A DNA stretch of 64,000 bases from NCBI GenBank assembly GCA_963767005.1, contig CAVYCN010000002.1:544001-608000 (forward strand), read 5' to 3'. Positions 33,609 through 43,598 of the stretch are shown here, in pieces. Every line of letters begins with the position of its first letter. Position 1 is the stretch's first letter. A program made the position numbers and the translations under genes. The DNA comes from an uncultured Actinomycetes bacterium (GTDB taxonomy: Bacteria > Actinomycetota > Thermoleophilia > UBA2241). Under the pieces are notes generated by a model. The model made no database searches and was not told the DNA's origin. It saw only the letters and a program-made list of their open reading frames with translations.

Positions 33609-34574
33609 TCAGTGGCCGACGGTCAGCGGGATCGTCACCTCGTGGAGCGTGGAGCCGTCCTCCATCGACACCTCCCACACTGACAGGGACACCGTCGGCG
33701 CCCCCGTCGCGAAGGACACGCCGAAGCTGAAGTTGCCGCGCGTGCCGCTGCCCGAGCTCGCCGTGACCGTCTTGCGCGCGAGGCCGGCCCCCGTGCCGGT
33801 CACCAGCCGCGCCGAGAAGGTCGCCTCGAACACGTCGGCGGTGCCGGTCACGCGCAACGGGGCCGTGACGCTGTCGAACGGCGCCGGTGACTCGACGAAG
33901 ATGGGCGGCGTGACGGCCTCGAAGTCGGCGCGGTCCAGCGGCGCGCTCGCGTCGACCCCGCCGTAGGAGTCGACCGCCCGACCGTCGAGCTCGAACCGCA
34001 CGCCCTGCACCGTCGGGAACTGCGTGAGCGTGTAGACGACCTGGGCGAGTCGCGCGAGGGCCGTGCGACGGCCGACCGCGCCGCCGGGCAGCGAGAGGTC
34101 GACCGTGGCGATGCCGTCGTCGATGGCGACGCCGCGCAACGCCGACCCGTGCGGCAGCGCGCTGCGCATGCCGATGCCCTGTTCCCGTGCAAGCGGCCCG
34201 GCCAGTAGCGCCCGGAGGGCGCTGCTGGCGGCGGCACGGCTCTTCGCCACCAAGCGGTGGGCCGTGGCGATGAAGGGCCCCTCGGCCACGGCCTGTCCGG
34301 CCTTCACGCTCATGACCGGCCGCAGGAAGTACACGGAGACGCGCATCGTCTCGGCCGGCGCCTGAGACGGCGCCGTGCTCGCGCTCGCCGTCGGCTGAGC
34401 CGGCGCGCTCACGCTCGCCGTCGGCTGGACGGCCGCGCCGGAGCCGGAGCCCGAGCCCGACCCGGAGCCGCAGGCGAGCAACCCCGTCACGCACAGCGCG
34501 AGGGCCGCGCCGGCGAGCATCGTCGCCGGGACGGGGCTGCGCCACCACCGTCGTTGCCGCGCCGGTCCGTGCAT
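33609..34574 (-). CDS. Lipoprotein with GerMN domain and C-terminal Gmad2-like Ig domain
   Basis: Lipobox LLAC; ALLAGP...ATVDLS...LAQVVYTLTQFPTV..V (GerMN); PPIFVESP...VTGTADVFEA. Confidence 0.82.
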   Translation of the reverse strand: MHGPARQRRWWRSPVPATMLAGAALALCVTGLLACGSGSGSGSGSGAAVQPTASVSAPAQPTASASTAPSQAPAETMRVSVYFLRPVMSVKAGQAVAEGPFIATAHRLVAKSRAAASSALRALLAGPLAREQGIGMRSALPHGSALRGVAIDDGIATVDLSLPGGAVGRRTALARLAQVVYTLTQFPTVQGVRFELDGRAVDSYGGVDASAPLDRADFEAVTPPIFVESPAPFDSVTAPLRVTGTADVFEATFSARLVTGTGAGLARKTVTASSGSGTRGNFSFGVSFATGAPTVSLSVWEVSMEDGSTLHEVTIPLTVGH

Positions 34575-34642
34575 GTCGACTCCCCGCTCGCTCGTCGCCG
34601 GCGGCCGGCTGCCGCGGGCCGCCGTCCTTCGTCTCGCTCTTT

Positions 34643-34963
34643 TCAGTCGCGGAACATCGTGAGGACGAAGACGAGGTCGTCCCGCGCCCGCACCGCGTGC
34701 CGCAGCTGCGCCGGCATGTAGTACAGCATTCCGGGTCGCGCCTCGTGCTCCTGCCCGCCGAGCTCCACGGTCCCCGCGCCGCTCACGACGTGGATCACCG
34801 CCGGCACGCTCGCCGTGTGCTCCGACAGCTCCTGCCCCGCGGCGAGGGTGAAGAGGATCACCTTGTGGCGCTCGTTCTCGACGATGCTCTTGCTGACGAT
34901 GCCGTCGCGTGCGAACTCGCTCATGGCGGCCAGGTCGACCGCCACCGCTGCGTCCGTGGTCAT
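34643..34963 (-). CDS. Cupin domain protein
   Basis: GIVSKSI...LFTLAAGQELSEHTA...MPAQLRHAVRA. Confidence 0.85.
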   Translation of the reverse strand: MTTDAAVAVDLAAMSEFARDGIVSKSIVENERHKVILFTLAAGQELSEHTASVPAVIHVVSGAGTVELGGQEHEARPGMLYYMPAQLRHAVRARDDLVFVLTMFRD

Positions 34964-35144
34964 CCTTCGTCCTTTCGTCGCCCTCGCCGGCCACCCCGCC
35001 CTGCCGGGCGCCCGGCGCCGGGGCGCTCGCTGCTTCTGGGCACCCGCGAGCATACGCCGCCGGCTCGTCGCCCGCCGCGATCGGCCGTACCAGGGGGACC
35101 AGGAGCGCCGGCCACCGCCCCAGCGGGCACGGCGCGAGCGGCGC

Positions 35145-36515
35145 TCAGCCGGCGTCGACCGGCGAGAAGCAGGCCGGGTAGCGCCGCACCGGCTTCTTGC
35201 GGCGCTGGTAGGTGCGCGCCAGCTCGAGGAAGATGCCGATGTCGCGCTCCATGTCGCTCTGGGTGCCGTCGAAGTAGAAGGTGCGGATCGGCAGACCGTT
35301 CAGGTCGCGGCTCACCGCGGGGTAGATCGCCTCGGTGACGATGCCGTTCATGCAGGTGAAGGGGCTGATGTCGATGATGCCGTCGGCGCCCTTGCCCTGC
35401 AGGTAGATCGTCGTGCCCGTGCTGATCACCATCTCGCCGAGGGCGCCGTCGTAGGGCAGGTACGGCCAGGCACGCTCGAGGATGGCGCCCACCGAGTGCT
35501 CCTCCTCGTAGCCCACGAAGTCGTCGGCGAAGGGCCCGAGCAGGGCGCGCTCGTCGCGGCCCATCACGAACGCCTTGATGTTGCGCACCAGGTTCTCGCG
35601 CGAGAAGCGCCGGCCCTCGTCGGCGAGACGGCGGCGCTGCTCGTCGTCGACGTACCAGACCCACTCGCCGATGCCGGCCAGCCAGCACTCGCCGCCCTGC
35701 TCCTCGACCAGGCGCACGACGTCGGCGTTGGCGAACTGGTTCAGGCGGCAGAAGATCTCGCCGACCACCCCGATCAGCGGGCGCGACCGGTCGTACTGCG
35801 CCGGCACGGCGCGGAAGCGGTCGCGCGCCGCGGTGAGGGCGGCCACGACCGCGTTGCGGCGCTGCCCGTCGGAGACCTCGCGCAGGGCGAGCGCGCGACC
35901 GACGTCGCGCAGCGCGTCGAGGTAGACCCGGTCGGTCGCGCCGGACTCGATCTCGTAGGGCCGCGTGCGCAGCAGCATCTTCATGAGCGCGTCGCTCACC
36001 AGCACGGCGCGCCAGGCGGTGCGGACGAGCGACTGCGAGTACTGGCCGATCGACGCGTAGCCGTCGTTGGAGGTGATCGTGATGATCGGCACGTCGGAGT
36101 AGCCCAGGTCGTCGAGCTTGTGGCGAATGAGGTGCCGGTACTGGCCGAACCGGCAGGGCCCGTTGGCCTCGGGCATGAGGAACGCGACCCTGTCGCGGCC
36201 GACGTCCTCGATCATGCGCAGCAGGTCGCCGACGACGATCTTCTGCGGGTAGCACTCCTCGCCCGACGTCACCGCGCCGGCGAGCTCGATGCTGTGCGAG
36301 GTGGAGTGCGTGGCCGGCCAGCAGTCGAAGCCGATCGAGCGGATGGCGGCGGCGAGCAGGTAGCTGCCGCCGTAGGGCATGTGTGGCAGGTACAGCGTGC
36401 GCCCCTCGAGGCCGAAGTCGCCGATCGCCTGGATGACGCGCCCGTCGGTCGGCGGCGCGACCGGCTCGTCGCGACCGTCGCCCATGACCACCAGTGAGGC
36501 GTACTCGACGCTCAT
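35145..36515 (-). CDS. CoA-substrate activase-associated reductase/dehydratase subunit (DUF2229/HgdD-like; PlsR-like)
   Basis: SGEECYP, GPCRFGQY, IGVVGEIFCR and PFTCMNG. Starts 3 nt after the activase stop. Confidence 0.8.
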   Translation of the reverse strand: MSVEYASLVVMGDGRDEPVAPPTDGRVIQAIGDFGLEGRTLYLPHMPYGGSYLLAAAIRSIGFDCWPATHSTSHSIELAGAVTSGEECYPQKIVVGDLLRMIEDVGRDRVAFLMPEANGPCRFGQYRHLIRHKLDDLGYSDVPIITITSNDGYASIGQYSQSLVRTAWRAVLVSDALMKMLLRTRPYEIESGATDRVYLDALRDVGRALALREVSDGQRRNAVVAALTAARDRFRAVPAQYDRSRPLIGVVGEIFCRLNQFANADVVRLVEEQGGECWLAGIGEWVWYVDDEQRRRLADEGRRFSRENLVRNIKAFVMGRDERALLGPFADDFVGYEEEHSVGAILERAWPYLPYDGALGEMVISTGTTIYLQGKGADGIIDISPFTCMNGIVTEAIYPAVSRDLNGLPIRTFYFDGTQSDMERDIGIFLELARTYQRRKKPVRRYPACFSPVDAG

Positions 36516-36518
36516 GGC

Positions 36519-39500
36519 CTAGGCCCGCACCGCCGCGCCCGACATCTCGCCCGCAGCCGCGGCGGGCCGGCCGCCCAGCTCGTCGCCGCCCTGAGACCAC
36601 CAGCGCAGGAACCCCTTGCTGTCGAGGTAGGCCTCGCAGCGCGTCATCGCGCCGGCGTCGTTCTGGTGCTCGTCGAACTGCAGCGTGAGGAACGGCTTGC
36701 TCGACGCTCCCCTGATGTAGTGCTTCAGGTAGGAGTCGGGGCCGCACTTGAAGTTCGTGAGGTAGATGATGTGCAGCCGCTCGCGCTGACCGACGTACAC
36801 CGCCGCCTGCAGGATCTTGCGCCCGTAGTTCCAGTACATGTTGGAGATCACGTGGCGCACGTCGATGCCCTTGAGCGGCAGGTAGTCCATCGGGATGACG
36901 TTGACGCCGTAGTACGTGCGCAGCTTACGCGGGATGTCCATGTTGACGCCCTTGTCGTACATGTTGTACGGCCGGCCGATGATGACGATGCCGAGGTCGC
37001 CCGACGCCTCGAGGTCGGCGAGCGCGGTGCGGCCGGCGGCGGCGAGCTGCTCGCGGAAGCGCTGCTGGGCGGCGTCACCGGCGCGGTAGGCCGCGAGCAC
37101 GCGCTCGTCGGTCAGGCCGAGCCGGCGGCTGACCGGCGCCACGTCGGCGACGAACTTGTCGGGCCCCAGGCGGAAGCGCACCCGCGGGATCAGGATGCGG
37201 TCGGCGAACGGCTCGAGCCGCGGCGCGCGGCGCACGACGAAGGGCAGCGTCTGGCCCCATGGACAGGCGTGCGAGAAGACCTCGGGGAACTCGGTCTCCT
37301 CGTTGATCACGTTGGGCAGGAACACGTAGTCGGCGCCCGCCTGGACGAGGGCCTCGACGTGGCCGTGGGCCACCCTGATCGGGAAGCAGGGTTCGGCCAC
37401 GGTGATGTCGACACCGGCCTCGCGGATGCCCTTGTCGGTCTCGCCCGAGAGTAGCGGCCGGAAGCCGAGCTCGGCCCAGAACGTGGCCCAGAAGGGCAGG
37501 CGGTCGAAGGTGTACATGCTGCGCGGGACGCCGATCGTGGTGGGCGCTCCGGCTGCCTCGGCCCGCGCCACGGCGGCTTCGTAGGGCTCCAGCAGCAGGC
37601 GCTCGCGCAGGGCCACGAGGTCGTCGATCACGGGCTGCCTGTCGACCTTGGCGCGCTTGCGGTAGCGGTCGGAGCACTTGTCGCCCCAGTAGGTCTTCTC
37701 GCCCTCGATCGTGAACTGGCGGATGTCGCACTCGTTGGAGCAGTGTTTGCAGACGAAGTCCTTGACCGTGTAGTCGACCGCCGACAGGTCCCAGCCGCGG
37801 AAGGTCGTGACCTCGCCGGTGCGGCTCATGCGCTCGCGCGCGAGCAGCGCCATGCCGATCGCCCCCATCACGCCGTTGTGCGGCGGCACGATGATCTCCT
37901 TGTCGAGGATCTGGGCGAAGGCGGCGGCCACCGCGTCGTTGTAGGCGGTGCCGCCCTGGAAGAAGATGCACTCGCCGACCTTGCGCTCGCGCACCAGGCG
38001 GTTGAGGTAGTTGAAGGCGATGGAGTAGGCGAGGCCGGCCACGAGGTCCTTGCGGGCCGCGCCGCGCGACTGGTAGCTCATCACGTCGCGCTCCATGAAC
38101 ACCGTGCAGCGCTCCCCCAGGCGGATGGGCGCCGTCGATTGCAGCGCGAGCTCGGCGAACTCGCCGACGATCTCGATGTCGAGCTTCTCGGCCTGCTCCT
38201 CGAGGAACGAGCCGGTGCCGGCCGCGCAGGCCTCGTTCATGGCGAAGTCGACGACGATGCCGTCCTGCATCGAGATGAACTTGGAGTCCTGGCCGCCGAT
38301 CTCGAAGATGGTGTCGACCTGGCGGCCGATGCTGCGGCCGATGAAGTCGGCGCCCGTCTTGTGTGCGGTGATCTCGTCGGTGATGAGGTCGGCGCCACAG
38401 AGCTCGCCGACGAGCTCGCGGCCTGAGCCGGTCGTGCCCACACCGAGCACGCGGATGCGGTCGCCGATCTCGTCGCTGATCTCGGCGAGGCCGGCGTCGA
38501 CCACCTCGACCGGCCGCGCCTGTGTCTTGGTGTAGATCGCCTTGACGACCTCGCCGGCCTGGTCGAGCACGACGAGGTTGGTCGAGACCGAGCCGATGTC
38601 GATGCCGAGGTACGTGTCGACGATGGCGCCGTCGGCCGGGAACTCGTAGGGCCGCGCGAGGTCGCGCAGCAGGAGGACGTTGTCGGTCGCGAGCGCATCG
38701 GCCGTGGGGAACACCGCGGCCGGCAGCCGGGCGGGATCGAGCGTCACGCCGTGTGCGTCGCCGGCGCCGTCGCTCGCGCGACCCGCGTCGGCCTCGATCA
38801 GGGCGGCGCCCACGGCGCCCATCCAGGCGTAGAGGTCGGGTACGAAGAGCTGGCCGTCGTCGAGCCCGAAGGCGTCGCGCACCGCCTGCACCGCGCCTTT
38901 GTTGGCGGCCACGCCGCCGATGAAGGCGACAGGCGGCGCGATCAGCTTGCCCTTGGTGATGGTGCCCTTGTAGTTGCGCACGACGGCGTCGCACAGGCCC
39001 TTGAGGACCTCGGGCGGCTCGTAGCCCTTCTGCTGGGCGTGGATCATGTCCGACTTGGCGAACACGCTGCAGCGCCCGGCGATGTTGGCGGCCCGACCCG
39101 CCGAGACGACGATGTCGCCGACGTCCTCGATCTCGTAGAGCAGCCGGCTGGCCTGCTGGTCCATGAACGAGCCGGTGCCGGCCGCGCAGTCGCCGTTGGT
39201 CTGGTAGTCGGCGATGCCGGTGCGACCGGTCGTGGCGTCGGTATCGAGCCGCAGGAACTTGGACGACTCGCCGCCCATCTCGAAGACGGTGACGACGTCG
39301 GGGTGCAGGCCGGACAGACCGCGCGCGATCGCCTTGAACTCGTTCTCGTAGGTGGCGTCGAGCGCCTGACCGATGAGGCGGCCACCCGAACCCGTAACAC
39401 GCACGCCGCGCACGCGGTCGGCCGGCACGACGGCGAACAGCTCGTCGAGCAGCACCCGGGTGGCCTCGCTCGGGCTGCCCTTGATGCGGCGATAGTTGGT

Positions 39501-39665
39501 GACGACGACCGGCCGGTCGCCGGCGCGCACGACACCGCCAGGGGACACGTGGAGGAGGTCGGGAGCCTGGACGGCCGCTGAAGCCAGGAAGTCGAGTTCG
39601 TCAGCGTCTCCGACCAACGCGGCCTTGAGGCTGATGCAGCCGATGTCTATGCCCAGGAACGCCAT
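36519..39665 (-). CDS. Acyl-CoA dehydratase activase with two BcrAD/BadFG ATPase domains plus DUF2229 domain (PlsA-like)
   Basis: Two repeats of LGIDIG..S...(E/D)xGG...CAAGTGSF...RC(S/T)VF, then EPCFPIRVAHGH, CPWGQ, GRPYN, NFKCGPD and DEH...TRCEA. Confidence 0.9.
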   Translation of the reverse strand: MAFLGIDIGCISLKAALVGDADELDFLASAAVQAPDLLHVSPGGVVRAGDRPVVVTNYRRIKGSPSEATRVLLDELFAVVPADRVRGVRVTGSGGRLIGQALDATYENEFKAIARGLSGLHPDVVTVFEMGGESSKFLRLDTDATTGRTGIADYQTNGDCAAGTGSFMDQQASRLLYEIEDVGDIVVSAGRAANIAGRCSVFAKSDMIHAQQKGYEPPEVLKGLCDAVVRNYKGTITKGKLIAPPVAFIGGVAANKGAVQAVRDAFGLDDGQLFVPDLYAWMGAVGAALIEADAGRASDGAGDAHGVTLDPARLPAAVFPTADALATDNVLLLRDLARPYEFPADGAIVDTYLGIDIGSVSTNLVVLDQAGEVVKAIYTKTQARPVEVVDAGLAEISDEIGDRIRVLGVGTTGSGRELVGELCGADLITDEITAHKTGADFIGRSIGRQVDTIFEIGGQDSKFISMQDGIVVDFAMNEACAAGTGSFLEEQAEKLDIEIVGEFAELALQSTAPIRLGERCTVFMERDVMSYQSRGAARKDLVAGLAYSIAFNYLNRLVRERKVGECIFFQGGTAYNDAVAAAFAQILDKEIIVPPHNGVMGAIGMALLARERMSRTGEVTTFRGWDLSAVDYTVKDFVCKHCSNECDIRQFTIEGEKTYWGDKCSDRYRKRAKVDRQPVIDDLVALRERLLLEPYEAAVARAEAAGAPTTIGVPRSMYTFDRLPFWATFWAELGFRPLLSGETDKGIREAGVDITVAEPCFPIRVAHGHVEALVQAGADYVFLPNVINEETEFPEVFSHACPWGQTLPFVVRRAPRLEPFADRILIPRVRFRLGPDKFVADVAPVSRRLGLTDERVLAAYRAGDAAQQRFREQLAAAGRTALADLEASGDLGIVIIGRPYNMYDKGVNMDIPRKLRTYYGVNVIPMDYLPLKGIDVRHVISNMYWNYGRKILQAAVYVGQRERLHIIYLTNFKCGPDSYLKHYIRGASSKPFLTLQFDEHQNDAGAMTRCEAYLDSKGFLRWWSQGGDELGGRPAAAAGEMSGAAVRA

Positions 39666-39762
39666 ACCGGAATTGTTCGGACCTCCCCGAGGGCTCGTAT
39701 GAAAGCCCCGTGTAGGGTAGCGGCCCGAGCCTCATCCCGCAAGCTCCGCGCCGCCAGCCGAA

Positions 39763-39795
39763 ATGAAGACTAACTTCATCCGCTTTTTCGGTCAA
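39763..39795 (-). promoter_or_regulatory. Sigma70-type promoter of the activase operon with overlapping palindromic operator
   Basis: Minus strand TTGACC-N17-TAGTCT. Palindrome ATGAAG-N5-CTTCAT (39763-39779) covers the -10 element. Confidence 0.6.
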
Positions 39796-40032
39796 CCGTT
39801 CCCGGCGAGCCGCGTCCGCAGCGCCGCCGCCGGGGCCGGCTCTACCGTCAGCGCGGTCGGGCGCTCTACGGTGACGGCGCTCGTGCAGCTTGCGGTCGCG
39901 GCGGTCGTGCACCTCGCCGACGCGCCGACGTCACCTCGACGGGCGCTCTCGTCATCTGTCGACGACGAAAGCCCGTCGCTAGGGTCGTGGCCGCACGGAG
40001 AAGCCCGGACGACGTCGACCCCCGGAGGAGCA

Positions 40033-40833
40033 GTGAACACGCAGCCATCCCTGACCAACACCGAGCGCCGCGACGACGTGCTGTTCCTGGTGCAGCGCTA
40101 CGAGGCGACCGGCCAGCGCCCGCCCGACCTGCTCGACGACGACGACAAGCGACGCTTCCTGGCCGGCGACACGCACACTCAGCACCGCCTCTTCTTCCGC
40201 CTGCTGTGCTACGGAGCGCTCGCCGCGCAGCCGGCCCCCGAGGCGCTCGTGCGCGCCGACTGGCAGCGCCTGCGCGCCGCCGGACTGCCCGACGACATCT
40301 TCGACCGTCGTTTCGACGTCGAGCGCTTCGCCGCGGCGGCGCCGGTGGCCCGCACCGACAGCAAGGGCCGCGTCATCGACTTCGTGCGGCTCTCGGAGAC
40401 GCGCGACGTGTGGGCCCGCCTGCTGCCTTGGCCGGCCGACCCCGCGACGGTCGTCGACGTCCTCTACGCCTGCTCCGGCGGCGCCCTCAAGTCGCGCGCC
40501 TTCTGGGTCGTGCGCGAGATGATCAGGATCGGCCTGTGGCAGCCCGCCGGTCTCGACCGCTTCGCCTGCGTCCCCGACGGACGCGTGCGCAAGCGCGCGG
40601 CCCGCATCGGTCTCGTCGATTGTGACGAGAAGGCCGACGCGATCGACGACATGAAGCTCGTCTCGGCCGGACTGCATGCGGCCCTCGGGCTCGGCGGCAA
40701 CGGCACGCGCAGCTACTTCGACCTGCCGCTGTCGACCGCCGAGCAGCGCTGCGAGGTCTGCGACCGCGAGCGCATGGCCGAGTGCGCCATGCCCCACTGC
40801 CGGCACCGACGGGCGACGCTCGGCGCCGACTAG
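40033..40833 (+). CDS. Hypothetical protein, possibly divergent HhH-GPD/endonuclease III fold with C-terminal Cys cluster
   Basis: GGAGGAG RBS then GTG 40033. Motifs KSRAFWVVREM, VPDGRVRKRAARIGLV and a C-terminal CEVC-x7-C-x4-C. Confidence 0.6.
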   Translation: MNTQPSLTNTERRDDVLFLVQRYEATGQRPPDLLDDDDKRRFLAGDTHTQHRLFFRLLCYGALAAQPAPEALVRADWQRLRAAGLPDDIFDRRFDVERFAAAAPVARTDSKGRVIDFVRLSETRDVWARLLPWPADPATVVDVLYACSGGALKSRAFWVVREMIRIGLWQPAGLDRFACVPDGRVRKRAARIGLVDCDEKADAIDDMKLVSAGLHAALGLGGNGTRSYFDLPLSTAEQRCEVCDRERMAECAMPHCRHRRATLGAD

Positions 40834-40896
40834 GCGCGCAGCGAAGCTACGCCAGCTTGAGCGGCGGCGACGAGGTCGACCCGACCGGCGCGACCG

Positions 40897-43407
40897 CTAC
40901 TTGACCGTCAGCGTGAGCGTGGCCGGCTTGGCCTGCCCGTTGCCGGCCAGGTCGGTCGCGGCGATCGTCACGCGGTAGACGCCGCGCGCCGCGGGCTTGA
41001 ACGCCCAGGCGGTGCGGGCACCGACCGCGACGGCCGGCAGCGTGACCGACTTCACGACCGCGCCGGCGCCCGACTTCACGATCAGCGTCACGCTCGCCCG
41101 CGGGCTCATGGCGTCGGCCACCCGATAGCCCAGGTGCACCGTGTGGCCGTGCTTCATCGTCACGGCGGTCGAGATCCACGACGCGGTCGGCGGCGCGGTG
41201 TCGACGTAGCCGCGTACCGTCACGGCGACCGTGCCCACCGTGTTCACCGCCCTCACCGCGACGGCGTAGGCGCCATCGGGCAGCGTCGCGCCCGCGCCAC
41301 CATGGCCGTCCCAGGCCCAGGTGTGCGCCCCGCTCGCCAGGGTGCCCAGCGCGGCGCGACGCACGACCTTGCCGGCGGCATCGGACACGCTCACGGTCAC
41401 CTTGGCGTTGCGTGTCGTGCGAAACGACAGCGTCGTCGCATCGTGCACGCCGTCGCCGTTCGGCGACAGCCAGACCGGCGTGAGGCGCGGATGGCCGAGC
41501 GTGTCGTCGACGACCAGGCTGTGCGTGGCCGTGGTCGAGTTGCCGGCCGGGTCGGTGGCCTGGAGCGTCAGGCTGTACGTGCCGTCGGGCGCGGCGCTCA
41601 GGCCGGTCGCGCCGCTCACCTTGCCGTCCCACGACAGCCGCGCACTGCCGGCGCGGACGGCGAGCGGCGCGAGCGTGCGCACCAGCACGCCGCGCGCGTC
41701 GCGCACCACGAGACCGACGCTGCAGCTCTCGCTGACGGAGAAAGTGAGGCCGACGGTGTCGGCGAGGCGGTCGCCGTTCGGGCTGATCAGCGCCGGCGAC
41801 AGCTTCAGGCCGGTCACCGCCGGCGGCACCGTGTCGAGCCGCACGGCCAGACTCGCGGGCCGTGCCGTGCCGTTCGCGCTCGTCGCGCTGAAGGCGGCGG
41901 TGTAGAGCCCGTCGGGCAGGTGCCGACCGGCGGCGTCGTGACCCGCCCAGGTCGCGGCAGCCGCGGCGCCGGTGCCCGAGAACTGGTCCACGACCGTGCC
42001 GCTCCCGTCGCTCACGGTGATCGTCCAGTCGTCCTTGCCGGAGAGCCCGGCGTGCAACGTGACCGTATCGCGCACCCCGTCGCCGTTCGGGCTGAACGCG
42101 GCCGGCGAGGCGGTGGGCGTGTAGATCTTGGGGTCACCGATGGCCGCGACCGCGGCGCGGATGGTCGGCAGCAGGCCGAACAGCACGTTCCCAGGACACT
42201 CGGTGTAGTTGACCTGCCGATGTCCCGAGATGACCGGTATCCTCACCCACTGGCCGGCGCGGTACTTCTGGGTGGTCAGGCACTCGACTCGGGCGGTGCC
42301 CTGCGGGTCCAGGTGAGACAGGTCGAGCTTCCATGCCAGCAGCCGCTCGAGCGACGAGAGCGCGGCCTTCGAGGGCGCCACGGTCTGGAAGGTGCCGATC
42401 AACGACACGCCCGTGCTCATGCTGTTGAAGCCCAGCACCTGAGCCCCGATCACGGCCTTGGCCACGCCGCCGTAGCGGCCTTCGTAGATGGTGCCGAAGC
42501 GGTCGATCAGGAAGTTGTAGCCGATGTCGTTCCAGCCGTTCACGCGTGTGTGGTAGTAGTAGATGCCGCGCACCAGGGCCGGCGCCTGGGCGCGCGTGTA
42601 GTCGTTGGCGTTCACCGTGTGGTGCACGAACGCACAGCGCACCTGGCCGTAGCTCGGCGACGCCGAGCGCAGGGCCTCGTCGGCGCCCCACTGCGCACGT
42701 GTGACGATCGCGGGTTCGGCCGGGCGCCCCAGCGGGGCGGGCACACCCGGACCCGCGGTGCCTGCGTCGGCGGCGGTCGCAGCGCTGCCGGCCGGCGCCG
42801 CGACGTCGGCCGTCGCGACCGTCGTCTTCGACTCGACGCAGGCCAGACGCACGTCGGTCACCGGCACGGCGCCGCCGCTGAAGGCGACCTCGTACTGCAC
42901 GTAGCGGGCCGCGCCCACCCAGACCGGCTCAGTCACGAGATCGGCACGCCCTTCGACGCTGCCGGCCGGTCCGCCGCCGTCGTCGGCGCGCAGCGTGAAC
43001 CACGGCGTCCAGGTGCGCCGATCGGCGCTCGTGCGCACGTGGAACTCGACCGTGCCGGCCCCGCCGGCCGTCGTGCGGAAGAGGATGCCGATCATGTCGA
43101 AAGGAGCGCCGGCGTCGACGGTCGCCGCGGGGCGTCCGTCGGGGCCGGTCACGTCCGGCAGCGCGAGGGCGCTCCGCAGGGCGGGGCCGTCGGCCACAGC
43201 GGCGACCGGCGCGGCGGCTGCGCCCGGCGTCGCCACGATGAAGCCGGTAGTCGGCGACGACGCCCAGGCGGGCGTCGCCGCGGCGCCCGCCCCCAGGGCG
43301 AGCGCGAGGGCGACCCCGAGCACGGCGGCGAGCCGGCGCGCGGTGCGCGGAGCGGCGGTCCTGGCGGCGGTGAGCGGTCGACCGAGGCGTCGAGACGGAC
43401 TGTGCAT
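40897..43407 (-). CDS. Secreted N-acetylmuramoyl-L-alanine amidase (PGRP/Amidase_2) with FlgD-type Ig-like repeats
   Basis: Signal peptide; TRAQWGADE, FVHHT, GWNDIGYNFLID, ISGHR, TECPG; three SPNGD.. repeats with WDG/DG.Y. Confidence 0.9.
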   Translation of the reverse strand: MHSPSRRLGRPLTAARTAAPRTARRLAAVLGVALALALGAGAAATPAWASSPTTGFIVATPGAAAAPVAAVADGPALRSALALPDVTGPDGRPAATVDAGAPFDMIGILFRTTAGGAGTVEFHVRTSADRRTWTPWFTLRADDGGGPAGSVEGRADLVTEPVWVGAARYVQYEVAFSGGAVPVTDVRLACVESKTTVATADVAAPAGSAATAADAGTAGPGVPAPLGRPAEPAIVTRAQWGADEALRSASPSYGQVRCAFVHHTVNANDYTRAQAPALVRGIYYYHTRVNGWNDIGYNFLIDRFGTIYEGRYGGVAKAVIGAQVLGFNSMSTGVSLIGTFQTVAPSKAALSSLERLLAWKLDLSHLDPQGTARVECLTTQKYRAGQWVRIPVISGHRQVNYTECPGNVLFGLLPTIRAAVAAIGDPKIYTPTASPAAFSPNGDGVRDTVTLHAGLSGKDDWTITVSDGSGTVVDQFSGTGAAAAATWAGHDAAGRHLPDGLYTAAFSATSANGTARPASLAVRLDTVPPAVTGLKLSPALISPNGDRLADTVGLTFSVSESCSVGLVVRDARGVLVRTLAPLAVRAGSARLSWDGKVSGATGLSAAPDGTYSLTLQATDPAGNSTTATHSLVVDDTLGHPRLTPVWLSPNGDGVHDATTLSFRTTRNAKVTVSVSDAAGKVVRRAALGTLASGAHTWAWDGHGGAGATLPDGAYAVAVRAVNTVGTVAVTVRGYVDTAPPTASWISTAVTMKHGHTVHLGYRVADAMSPRASVTLIVKSGAGAVVKSVTLPAVAVGARTAWAFKPAARGVYRVTIAATDLAGNGQAKPATLTLTVK

Positions 43408-43598
43408 GACTCTCCCTTCGCAACCCTGCGGTCAAGGTCGTCACAACCGCCGAAACCTTTACCGCTCGCGGCGCGCTCGCGGCGTGAGCCGGCCGGCGCG
43501 AGCCGCGAACGCCCGCGGGGCGGGCGGCCATGCTGGCCGCCCGCCCCGCGGGCATCGTACAGAAGCGAGCGACCGGCGCGCGGCCGGCCGGCGGTGCG

